Source of the DNA: an uncultured Lentisphaerota bacterium
Lineage (GTDB): Bacteria > Verrucomicrobiota > Kiritimatiellia > CAIQIC01
Length of the DNA stretch: 64,000 nucleotides
Assembly: GCA_903912445.1 (NCBI GenBank)
Contig: CAIWHP010000084.1
Coordinates: forward strand, 3,621 to 67,620
Direction: 5' to 3'
In this document: positions 50,442 to 59,115 of the stretch, in pieces
Position numbering within the stretch: the stretch's first letter is position 1
Layout of the letters: each line of letters begins with the position of its first letter
The notes under the pieces: generated by a model
The model's input: only the letters and a program-made list of their open reading frames with translations
The model's database searches: none
Told to the model about the DNA's origin: nothing
Position numbers and translations under genes: made by a program

Positions 50442-50519
50442 TTCCAAACATTGGAAACCGGAAAGGGTGTTTTTCCAAGCCTTGGAAAAGTTGGCGCGCG
50501 GCGCTTCCAAGGTTTGGAA
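50442..50519. repeat. Palindromic element array R10 (3 copies, centres 50449, 50480, 50512)
   Basis: ttccaaacattggaa, ttccaagccttggaa, ttccaaggtttggaa; 31-32 bp phasing. Confidence 0.85.
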
Positions 50520-50563
50520 AGCGGACTCCGCCGGCGGCCGTCGTGCACATTATTATCGGCGGA

Positions 50564-51838
50564 TCAAGGCTCGCGCGGCTGCAGCCAGCCACGCGCGGCC
50601 AGGTCGCGCTCCAGATATTCCGCGAGCACGCGGTGGCCGGCGGGCGCCGGGTGCATAAAGTGGACGCCAAAGTTCGCGGGATATTTCCCCGCGGCAATTT
50701 CGTGGCGGGTGTTGAACATCTCCACGCCGGTCTCGCGGCAGAGTTGCCGGATTTCCGGCCCGAGCGGACCGAACAACAAGAGGTGAAAGTGATGCTCGCG
50801 GCTCATCTGGAGCATGTTCTGCAGCGCGCGCCGCACGCCGCTTTCCTCCACGCCATCCTTGATACCCTGCAACAAGGCGTCCTGGTTGAAATCACGCCGC
50901 TCGGTAAAGCGCACGCCCGTCCACTCGCGCAGAAAAAGCTGGCGCCGGAAAATCAGGCGCAACACATAGGAGACGTCGCGACGGTGGAAGTTCGCCTTTT
51001 CCAACATGAAAAACGGCAGGTCGAAATCGTTTTCGCACCAGCCGACAATGACGATATCGGGCTGGTAGGCCAGCGCCTTGCGCCGCAGAGTCTCGCTTTC
51101 GAGCTGTGTGTTATAGCCCGGCACCGCGAAGTTCATGACTTCGCAGACAACGCCCGCGAGGTGTTGGTTCAGGTTCCGCTCCAGCACCGTCAGGTAGGGT
51201 TCGTCCTGCTCCACGTCCCAGCCGAACATGCCGCTATCGCCGATGCCCACGATCCGCAGGCTGTGGGGAGCGCGCGCCAGGGGATAGTCTTTGTCGGCGC
51301 GCAGGCCGAGGTGGTTAATGTGCACGCGGTGATGGCCAAAATCCATTTCGAGATCGGGTTGCAGGTCATAGACGATCTGCGGATCGTCGGAAGGCCGGAT
51401 GATTTCGGACAGCGGGTGCGTCGTGTTCACGGACGGTTTCTTGCCCGCCCGAAACGCGGTCTTCAGGCGGTCCAGCGAATTGAACTCCCGCTGCGAGATC
51501 AGATAGGCGCGCAGGCCCACCTCGCACACGACCAGCGGCAGCGCAATACTGAACGCCAGCATCACCAGCTTGCCGGCGAAGTGCGCCCAGTCGCGCGCGG
51601 TGTTGCGGCGTAACCGGAGCAAAATCCAACCGACGAGCCAGGCGCCGCAACCGACGATGAAATATTTCAACGGATGTCCCGCGTAGATGCCGTGACTGCG
51701 CCAGAAGAACCACGCCGTCTCGCCGCCCTTGATGAACATCAGCGCCAGCTTCAAAACCATCAGCGCGGCCAGCAGCAAAAAGCACACGGCGGCAAACAGG
51801 CGCGCGGCATGCAGCCAGCGGGCTTCGGAGTGCATCAC
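50564..51838 (-). CDS. Membrane-anchored SGNH/GDSL hydrolase family protein
   Basis: N-terminal TM helices; IVGIGDSGMFG (GDS block I), later GxND and DxxH-like blocks. Confidence 0.6.
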   Translation of the reverse strand: MMHSEARWLHAARLFAAVCFLLLAALMVLKLALMFIKGGETAWFFWRSHGIYAGHPLKYFIVGCGAWLVGWILLRLRRNTARDWAHFAGKLVMLAFSIALPLVVCEVGLRAYLISQREFNSLDRLKTAFRAGKKPSVNTTHPLSEIIRPSDDPQIVYDLQPDLEMDFGHHRVHINHLGLRADKDYPLARAPHSLRIVGIGDSGMFGWDVEQDEPYLTVLERNLNQHLAGVVCEVMNFAVPGYNTQLESETLRRKALAYQPDIVIVGWCENDFDLPFFMLEKANFHRRDVSYVLRLIFRRQLFLREWTGVRFTERRDFNQDALLQGIKDGVEESGVRRALQNMLQMSREHHFHLLLFGPLGPEIRQLCRETGVEMFNTRHEIAAGKYPANFGVHFMHPAPAGHRVLAEYLERDLAARGWLQPREP

Positions 51839-52003
51839 GCGAACCTCGTCACGACGCAGCGCTCGCGTTTCCGGTGGCTCGAACGCTGCTTTTCAAAAAT
51901 GATATTCGGCATGAATTTTCTCGCGGTGCAGAGGCGCGGTTCTATAACACACCGTCCCGTCCGCCGCAACGCGGAGCGCTCCGCCGGCTGCGGGGCGTGA
52001 CGT

Positions 52004-52082
52004 TTCCAGGCAGTGGAAAACCGGAACGCTAGCTTTTCCACTACTTGGAAAAACCATGGGTTCCCGTTTTCAATGCTTGGAA
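52004..52082. repeat. Palindromic element array R11 (3 copies, centres 52011, 52043, 52075)
   Basis: ttccaggcagtggaa, ttccactacttggaa, tttcaatgcttggaa; 32 bp phasing; the third copy abuts the truncated end of the M48 pseudogene. Confidence 0.8.
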
Positions 52083-52087
52083 AACTT

Positions 52088-52539
52088 CAGCGCGTCGCCA
52101 CGCGAGCGCGCCGACCACCGCGAAACCGCCCACGAGGATCTTCGCCCACTGCTGCTGATCCTTGGCCTCCGCACCGCCGCGCCGTTCTCGGCGGCGAGCG
52201 CGTAAGGCGTTACGACACTCAAGCGGCGCGTCGTGTGGCGGCAGTTGACGTGTGCGAGTTCGTGGGCCATGACCGCGGCCATCTTGTCATCGTCGTGCAC
52301 AAGTCCGCGCCGCGGATCATAAAGCCCCGCGAAGACCATCATCGGCCCGCCGGGAAACGCGGCGGCGTTGACGATGTTCGTGTGAAAGAGCGTGACTGTG
52401 CAGGGCATGTTCGGCAGGTGCATCACGGCGCCGATGCGGTGGACGATGGTGTTGAGCTGCGCGACGCGCACCGGATCGGTGGCGCAGCCGTTGAGTCCGA
52501 CGAGCGCGAGGAACAGAAACAGCTGTAAAACTTTTTCAT
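52088..52539 (-). pseudogene. Decayed paralog of the M48 peptidase gene (48933..49799)
   Basis: High nucleotide identity to 49285-49799 including the upstream ...aatgacaaga(t/g)tttt... region; 1-nt deletion after ATGAAAAAG puts the ATG out of frame; about 117-nt internal deletion; 3' third missing. Confidence 0.6.
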
Positions 52540-52741
52540 CATCCGAACGGAACGTGCGAGGCAAGCGCGGGAACGCTGCGCAAGTTCGCTGGGAATGACA
52601 AGAGTTTTGTGCCGCGCTCTCTCCGGTGCAGTCGTCCGTCACACGGCACGCGCACAAGCTAATTGCGCCGGGATCGCCGATCCCGGCGAAACCAGCGAGG
52701 CCCTTGGATGCGAAACCGCGGCCGCAGTCCGCACCCGCGAA

Positions 52742-54202
52742 CTATTTCGCGTTCGCGGGCTTGAAGACCAAATCCATGTTCTTGGCGGCGGCGACCTCGT
52801 CGAGGCGCCCGACGGGCATGGTGACGGGCGCGCGGTGGAGCGCGTCGGGGTCGCGCTGGGCCAGCGCGACCAGCTCGGCCACGGTTTGCACGAAGGTGTC
52901 GAGCGTCTCGCGGCTCTCGCTCTCGGTCGGCTCGACCATGATGGCCTCGGGGACGTTGAGCGGGAAGTAGATCGTCGGCGGATGGATGCCGCGGTCCACC
53001 AGGCCCTTCGCGAGGTCGAGCGTGTGGACGCCGGTGGCCTTGAGCGGCTCGCCGCTGAACACGCACTCGTGCATGCAGCGGCCGGGCGCGACGGCCTTGA
53101 GCAGCGGGCGCAGCTTTTCCTGGATGTAGTTGGCGTTGAGCACGGCCGCGTCGCTGGTCTCGCGCAGGCCCTCCCGGCCGAGCATCAACAGGTAGGCGTA
53201 GGCCCGCACGATCACGCCGAAGTTGCCGTAGAACGGCGCGATGTAGCCGATGCTCTTGGGCGCGTCGTAGTCCAGCACGAACGTGCCGTCGCCGCGCTTG
53301 ACCACGCGCGAGATCGGCAGGAACGGCCGCAGCTTCTCGACGACGCCGACCGGGCCGGCACCGGGCCCGCCGCCGCCGTGCGGCGTGGAGAAGCTCTTGT
53401 GCAGGTTGAGCTGGCAGAGATCGAAGCCGATCTGGCCGGGCTTCACGCGGCCCAGGATCGCGTTGAGGTTCGCGCCGTCGTAGTACATCAGCCCGTCCAC
53501 GCCGTGGATGATGTCCGCGATCTCGGTGAGATGGTCCACGAACAGGCCGAGCGTCGAGGGGCAGGTCATCATCAGGCCCGCGGTCTCGCTGTTGACCGCC
53601 GCGCGGAGCGCGTCGAGGTGCATGTTCCCCTGCGCGTCGGAGGGCACCGTGCGTACGTCGTAGCCGCCGATCGCGGCGCTCGCGGGGTTCGTGCCGTGCG
53701 CGCTGTCCGGGATCAGGATGTGCGTCTTCTTGTTGCCGCGGTCGCGGTGGTAGGCGGCCATGATCATGCAGCCGGTGAGCTCGCCGTGCGCGCCGGCCAG
53801 CGGCTGGAGCGTGAACTCCGCCATGCCGCAGATTTCGGAGAGCATCCGCTCGGTTTCGTGGAGCAGCTGCAGCGCGCCCTGCGTCAGCAGCCCGCCGTGC
53901 CGGAGCTGCGGCCAGAGCGGGTGCAGGTCGGAGAGTCCGGGCAGGGCGCAGGCCACCTCGCACGCCTTCGGGTTGTACTTCATCGTGCAGGAGCCGAGCG
54001 GGTAGAAGTGCGTGTCCACCGAGAAATTCCGGCGGCTCAGCTCCGTGTAGTGCCGCACCACGTCCAGCTCGCTCAGCTCCGGCAGCGCCGCCGGCTGCGC
54101 GCGCAGCAGCTTGGGGTTGATCTTCGGCCGCGCATCGTCGCCCCGCTTCGGCAGCCGCACCGCCCGCCGCCCCGCCACGCTCTTCTCGTAAATCAGTTGC
54201 AT
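52742..54202 (-). CDS. gcvPB: Glycine dehydrogenase (decarboxylating) subunit 2
   Basis: PLP-dependent P-protein C-terminal half; NLHKSFSTPHGGGGPG (PLP lysine region). ATG 54202 with GAGGT RBS. Confidence 0.85.
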   Translation of the reverse strand: MQLIYEKSVAGRRAVRLPKRGDDARPKINPKLLRAQPAALPELSELDVVRHYTELSRRNFSVDTHFYPLGSCTMKYNPKACEVACALPGLSDLHPLWPQLRHGGLLTQGALQLLHETERMLSEICGMAEFTLQPLAGAHGELTGCMIMAAYHRDRGNKKTHILIPDSAHGTNPASAAIGGYDVRTVPSDAQGNMHLDALRAAVNSETAGLMMTCPSTLGLFVDHLTEIADIIHGVDGLMYYDGANLNAILGRVKPGQIGFDLCQLNLHKSFSTPHGGGGPGAGPVGVVEKLRPFLPISRVVKRGDGTFVLDYDAPKSIGYIAPFYGNFGVIVRAYAYLLMLGREGLRETSDAAVLNANYIQEKLRPLLKAVAPGRCMHECVFSGEPLKATGVHTLDLAKGLVDRGIHPPTIYFPLNVPEAIMVEPTESESRETLDTFVQTVAELVALAQRDPDALHRAPVTMPVGRLDEVAAAKNMDLVFKPANAK

Positions 54203-54229
54203 GATAACCTCGGATGTAAACAAAATTGG

Positions 54230-55573
54230 TTACTTCAAAACGCTTTCCAGGTGCGCCGCGAGGATGTCGACCTCGGCCTTGGTCCGCTTCTCGGTGCAGG
54301 CCAGCAGCAGCACGTTCTGCATCCCGGCGTAGTAGCGGCCGACCGGGAAGCCCGCCGCGATGCCGCGCTCGATCAGCGCGCTGATCACCTCGCCGGCATC
54401 GCGGGGCAGGGTGACGGCGAACTCGTTGAAGAAGTGCCGGTCGGCGTAGGTCGCCTTGACACCCGGGATCGCGCGCAGGCGGTCGAACGCGTAGGCCGCG
54501 CGGGCGGCGCACTGGTAGGCGCACCGGGCGAAGCCCTCCTTGCCCATCAGCGCCAGGTAGATCGTCGCCCGCAGCGCGCAGAGCCCCTCGTTCGTGCAGA
54601 TGTTGCTCATCGCCTTCTCGCGCCGGATGTGCTGCTCGCGCGCCTGCAGCGTCAGCACGAAGCCGCGCCGCCCCTGCGCGTCGTGCGTCGCGCCCACGAT
54701 GCGGCCGGGCATCTTGCGCACATACTGCTTGCGCGTGGCCATGAACCCGAGGTAGGGCCCGCCGAACGAGAGCGGCAGCCCGAGGCTCTGGCCCTCGCCC
54801 GTCACCACGTCTGCGCCCATCGCGCCCGGCGTCTGCACCATGCCCAGCGACATCGGATAGACCGAGAACACCGCCAGCGCGCCCACGGCGTGCGCCGCCG
54901 CGACCAGCCCCGACAGGTCGTCGAGGCAGCCGAAGAAGTTCGGGTTCTGCACCAGCACCGCGGCGACGGTCTTGTCCAGTTTCGCCGTGAACGCCGCGAG
55001 GTCGGCCAGTCCGCCCGCGAGCGGGACCTCCTCGTAGGCGATCGACAGGTTCGCCGTGTAGCACTTGAGCATCGTGCGGTAGATCGGGTTGACGCCCTCG
55101 CAGACCAGCACCTTGTTGCGGCCCGTGATGCGCAGCGCCATCATCAGTCCCTCGAACAGCGCCGTGCCGCCGTCGTAGAGCGACGCGTTGGCCACCTCCA
55201 TGTCGGTCAGCCGCGCGATCGCGGTCTGATATTCATAGATGGCCTGCAGCGTCCCCTGCGACGCTTCCGGCTGGTAGGGCGTATAGGCCGTGAAAAATTC
55301 GCCGCGGCTCGCCAGCGCGTCCACCGCTGCCGGGATGAAGTGATCGTAGAAGCCGCCGCCGCAGAAGTTGGTCAGTGTCGAGTTCTTTGCCGCCAGGGAG
55401 CGCAGCACCTGGAGCATTTCCAGCTCCGAGCGCCCCTCCGGCACCTTGAAATCCGCCGTCTGGAACTCCGCCGGCACATCCGCAAACAGCTCATCGAAGC
55501 TCTTGGCCCCGATGGTCGCCAGCATCTCCCGCTGCTCCGCGCTGCCCGAACCCAAGAACGTTGTGTGTGACAT
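54230..55573 (-). CDS. gcvPA: Glycine dehydrogenase (decarboxylating) subunit 1
   Basis: P-protein N-terminal half; FLGGG, YTPYQPE motifs. Confidence 0.85.
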   Translation of the reverse strand: MSHTTFLGSGSAEQREMLATIGAKSFDELFADVPAEFQTADFKVPEGRSELEMLQVLRSLAAKNSTLTNFCGGGFYDHFIPAAVDALASRGEFFTAYTPYQPEASQGTLQAIYEYQTAIARLTDMEVANASLYDGGTALFEGLMMALRITGRNKVLVCEGVNPIYRTMLKCYTANLSIAYEEVPLAGGLADLAAFTAKLDKTVAAVLVQNPNFFGCLDDLSGLVAAAHAVGALAVFSVYPMSLGMVQTPGAMGADVVTGEGQSLGLPLSFGGPYLGFMATRKQYVRKMPGRIVGATHDAQGRRGFVLTLQAREQHIRREKAMSNICTNEGLCALRATIYLALMGKEGFARCAYQCAARAAYAFDRLRAIPGVKATYADRHFFNEFAVTLPRDAGEVISALIERGIAAGFPVGRYYAGMQNVLLLACTEKRTKAEVDILAAHLESVLK

Positions 55574-55622
55574 GAGTCTACTCCTGAAATTCGCCGCAGA
55601 CTCTACTCGCCCGCCAGCCGTT

Positions 55623-55668
55623 TTCCAAGGCTTGGAAATGGATCAGCCCGCTTTTCCAAGGCTTGGAA
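55623..55668. repeat. Palindromic element array R12 (2 perfect copies, centres 55630 and 55661)
   Basis: ttttccaaggcttggaaa x2, 31 bp apart, 50 bp upstream of the gcvPA ATG. Confidence 0.9.
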
Positions 55669-55849
55669 AAGTGCGCGCAAGGAAGCGCGGAAGGGAAACA
55701 TCCAGTCGAGCCGGCCTCTCGACCGGATGACGAAGCAGCTCCCCCGAGATCAAAAACAAAAACTAATCGCAGGATATCGAGCAAGGGATGCCGAACGATG
55801 AAAGGGCCGGTTTCTGCAGCGGCGACAGGCGGACGCGGTCGCGGAGTGT

Positions 55850-57682
55850 TCAATACGGCAGGATGAGAGCGCTTTTTCCCGCCAGTGTTGTCACCACGCC
55901 TGCTGGTGAGATTTTTCGGATCGTGCAGTCGTCCTCGTCGGCCACAAAGACGTTGCCCGACTTATCCACGGCTACGCTGGTGGGTGAATTAAAGCGCGCG
56001 CCGTTGCCCGTACCATCCACGCTGCCATACTCCCCTGCGGTGCCAGCCAGCGTGGTGACCACACCGTTTGGCGTGATCTTTCTGACCGTGCAATTGCCCA
56101 GTTCAGTCAAATAGAGATTACCTGCTAGATCCACAGCCAAACCCGCCGGCCAACAAAACCGTGCCAGATGGCAGGGGCCGTCCAGGCTGCCCTTCTCCCC
56201 GGCGCGGCCCGCCCAGGTGGTAACGACACGCGCAGGCGTGATCTTCCGAATCGTATGGCTCCCCCAATCTGCCACGAACAGGTTTCCCGTCCGGTCCATG
56301 GCTATGCCCGCTGGCGCAGTGAAGCGAGCCGACGCGCCGGCGCCGTCGGCATGGCCCTGGTTCCCTGCGCTCCCGGCGAAGGTTGTCACCTCTCCAGCAG
56401 GGGTCATCTTTCGGATCGTGCAATCGCTGCGGTCAGTCACAAACACATTGCCAGTGCTGTCCACGACCAGATCACCTGGGCGTCGGAACCGCGCAGCGCT
56501 CCCCGTGCCATCGGTGCTGCCCTTCTCTCCGGCGCAACCGGCGAGTGTCGTCACCACGCCCTCCGGCGTAACTTTCCGAATGACCTTGTCATAGTCGTCC
56601 GTCACATAGAGATTGCCTGCTTGGTCGATGGCGATGCCGGAAGGTTCGTTAAACCGCGCCGCGTTGCCCGTCCCATCGACTGTCCCGCACATTTCCGCCG
56701 CGTTGCCCACGAACGTCGTGACCACACCTTTGGGCGTCACCTTCCGAAGCACCCGGTTGCGATTATCCACCACAGAGAGGTTGCCCGCAGCATCCACGAC
56801 CACCCCGCAAGGTGCATTGAAACGTGCCACGGTGCCCGCGCCGTCCACGTAACGCGGTTCTTCCACGCGGACATCCGCATCCATCCAAGCTCGATATCTC
56901 GAATAATGTTCATGAAATTCTTTATAGGTGGTGGTCAGGTACTCGTTAAATTTCCCATTCAGGAAAAACTCGGCTGGATTGCCCTTGCCATCCAACTTGA
57001 TTTCAAGACAATCACGGTTCGGGCTGTTTTGCACCTGGATATACTTGGTCGGCTGCCCGGTGAGCGGCTCCCGCTCCAGCCGAACTTCACGGGTCTTATA
57101 GTTCCTGGAAAAAAGTTCATAGTGGTAGCCGAAGTTTTTGCCTGCCCTCGTCTCTGCTTCCTTGATGGAATCGTAGAGTTCATGGTGAAACTCGTAGTGA
57201 AACATCGCTGCATGCTCCACCGACAGGCGAATGCGCATAATGGCGACATCATCATCGCTAAGACGATGCAGCAGATTCGTCGCCTCGTAACCATCCACGG
57301 TCCACCAGTCCTGCGCAGCATTTCTCGAAACATGTAAACAGAAATCGGCCAGACGGCCATCTTTTGCGGAGCCATACCAGGCGATTTTATCGAAGCTGTT
57401 CGTCGCTTTCCGATGCAGTATCCCGCCCCAAGCTTGTCTGGCTGTGGGCACGAGAGATTGGCCCCCCGGGAAGGAGCGTGTGTCATCGCGACAAAACTCA
57501 AGCAACCGCTCGATGGGCCAGCGTTCCTCCAGTAAGCGCGTGACTGCCTCGGGCGAAGAAAGGCCCGCTGGCTCGAGTGGTGTCTGGCAGCCAGCAAACG
57601 GCAAGAACATGCCGCCAAAAATAACGACACCGCACAAGCCGCTCACCGCATGTCCGGCGCTTCCGTTAATGCGACTCCTCAA
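55850..57682 (-). CDS. NHL-repeat beta-propeller lipoprotein
   Basis: 6-7 repeats of ...G..DGTG.AARF..P.GIA.D..GN.YV.D...; TTG 57682 start with lipobox FAGC. Confidence 0.6.
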   Translation of the reverse strand: MRSRINGSAGHAVSGLCGVVIFGGMFLPFAGCQTPLEPAGLSSPEAVTRLLEERWPIERLLEFCRDDTRSFPGGQSLVPTARQAWGGILHRKATNSFDKIAWYGSAKDGRLADFCLHVSRNAAQDWWTVDGYEATNLLHRLSDDDVAIMRIRLSVEHAAMFHYEFHHELYDSIKEAETRAGKNFGYHYELFSRNYKTREVRLEREPLTGQPTKYIQVQNSPNRDCLEIKLDGKGNPAEFFLNGKFNEYLTTTYKEFHEHYSRYRAWMDADVRVEEPRYVDGAGTVARFNAPCGVVVDAAGNLSVVDNRNRVLRKVTPKGVVTTFVGNAAEMCGTVDGTGNAARFNEPSGIAIDQAGNLYVTDDYDKVIRKVTPEGVVTTLAGCAGEKGSTDGTGSAARFRRPGDLVVDSTGNVFVTDRSDCTIRKMTPAGEVTTFAGSAGNQGHADGAGASARFTAPAGIAMDRTGNLFVADWGSHTIRKITPARVVTTWAGRAGEKGSLDGPCHLARFCWPAGLAVDLAGNLYLTELGNCTVRKITPNGVVTTLAGTAGEYGSVDGTGNGARFNSPTSVAVDKSGNVFVADEDDCTIRKISPAGVVTTLAGKSALILPY

Positions 57683-57715
57683 TAGCGTTCCTCTTAACCC
57701 TAAACGCTGACGGGG

Positions 57716-58162
57716 CTACCCGGCGCCCAAGGCTTCGATGTCAGCCAGATCTTTCTTGCGGCCGGCGGCGCGTTTATTTGCAATGAATTGTTCGCGACCG
57801 ATGAAAAAGACTGGCACATCGCCGTAGGTTCCGGCGGCTTTGTGGGCGGCAGCTTCCTCCCACGAGACACCCGAGATGGAGGTGATCAGGTCAATACGCA
57901 CTGGCGGCATACCCAGCTGAACGACCTTGTCGGGAGAATGAAAATCTTCAGCCGCAAGACCCGGCAAATTGAAGCCGAACGCCTCAAGGGCACGCATGAT
58001 GCGCTGGGCATTCTCAGGGTGCGGACGAACAAAAACGTCAATATCTCCTGTAAAGCGCGGAGCACCGTGGAAGGCCAAGGCGAATCCGCCGACGATGAGG
58101 TATTCAACCTTTTGCTCGTTCAACAACACGAGCAGCTCTTTGAAGTCGGGCTGTATTTCCAT
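57716..58162 (-). CDS. Minimal nucleotidyltransferase (MNT/Pol-beta-like NTase fold) protein
   Basis: GGFALAFHGAPRFTGDIDVFV (GS...DxD NTase motif); 148 aa. Confidence 0.5.
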   Translation of the reverse strand: MEIQPDFKELLVLLNEQKVEYLIVGGFALAFHGAPRFTGDIDVFVRPHPENAQRIMRALEAFGFNLPGLAAEDFHSPDKVVQLGMPPVRIDLITSISGVSWEEAAAHKAAGTYGDVPVFFIGREQFIANKRAAGRKKDLADIEALGAG

Positions 58163-58351
58163 AAAATTGCCGGCGAAGGATTTCGACCGCGCTGACGCGC
58201 TCTTCGGGCGGGCGGCTCAACCAGTAGGCGAGATCTCGCCGCGTGGAGCCGTCACGCAGGCTGTGCTTGGATATGACGCGTTGAATCACGGCGGCAGTAT
58301 AGCCGATTTGCGCGCGCAGGAAACGCTTTTCCCTCTCGCGCGGACAGAGCT

Positions 58352-58392
58352 TTCCAAGGATTGGAAACAGGCGTTTTTCCAAGCATTGGGAA
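58352..58392. repeat. Palindromic element array R13 (2 copies, centres 58359 and about 58384)
   Basis: ttccaaggattggaa, ttccaagcattgggaa. Confidence 0.7.
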
Positions 58393-58662
58393 AACTCACG
58401 CTGCGTGTTTCAGGCCTTGATATTGCGCTAAGCATAGAGGGTGAGAGCCTGACACTAGCTAGGAGCGGTGGTCCCGCCACGGCGGGACCGCCGCAGTGGA
58501 ACCGTCAGGCGTGGGCGTTGCACTCGTGTCTGCGCCCACAGCCAAACGACCCCACTATGCGGGGCGGTGAGGACACCGCCCCTCCCAGCTAGTCGGACAA
58601 CCTCGCGTCTGTTCTTGGCGCAATATCTCCCCTTGGAAAACGTCGGTGCGTGATGAACCGGC

Positions 58663-59115
58663 TCAGCAGGCGCGGCAAGGGCGGGCGCGGGCGGCGGCCG
58701 GCTTCTGCAGGACGCGCAGGTCGTCGCGCGCGGCCCAGCCGGTGTGCAGCCAGAAGGCCTGGCCGCTGGTGTTTTGGCGATAGACGAAGATGTTGCATTT
58801 CTGGATTTTTTGCCGCGCCAGCACCGCGAGGCAGCGCGCGACCAGCTCCGCGCCGATGCCGCGCTTGCGGCGCGTCTGCGCAACCGCGAGATGGTGCAGC
58901 GCGCCGCGCCGGCCGTCGTGGCCGCAGAGCACCGCGCCGACAAGCTGTGCGCCATCGAACGCGACGAAGCTCATGCGGGGGTTGCGGCGCAGAAAGCGCA
59001 GGATGCCGGCGCGCGCGTCATCCGCGGCGTGCAAGCCCATGCCGGGCGTCGCGCGCCAGAGGTGTGTCACTGCGGCATAATCGCGCGGCATCATGCAGCG
59101 GATTTTGATGCTCAT
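58663..59115 (-). CDS. GNAT family N-acetyltransferase
   Basis: 150 aa; acetyl-CoA-binding pattern TRRKRGIGAELV; ATG 59115 overlaps the stop of the upstream gene (ATGA). Confidence 0.7.
   Translation of the reverse strand: MSIKIRCMMPRDYAAVTHLWRATPGMGLHAADDARAGILRFLRRNPRMSFVAFDGAQLVGAVLCGHDGRRGALHHLAVAQTRRKRGIGAELVARCLAVLARQKIQKCNIFVYRQNTSGQAFWLHTGWAARDDLRVLQKPAAARARPCRAC

Noticed and set aside
55574-55850. Glycine riboswitch upstream of gcvPA
   Set aside because: The reverse-complement leader lacks the conserved GGAGAG / CACCGAAGGGGCAA / CUCAGGCAA blocks; only a weak cgagaggccggctcgactgg resemblance was seen.
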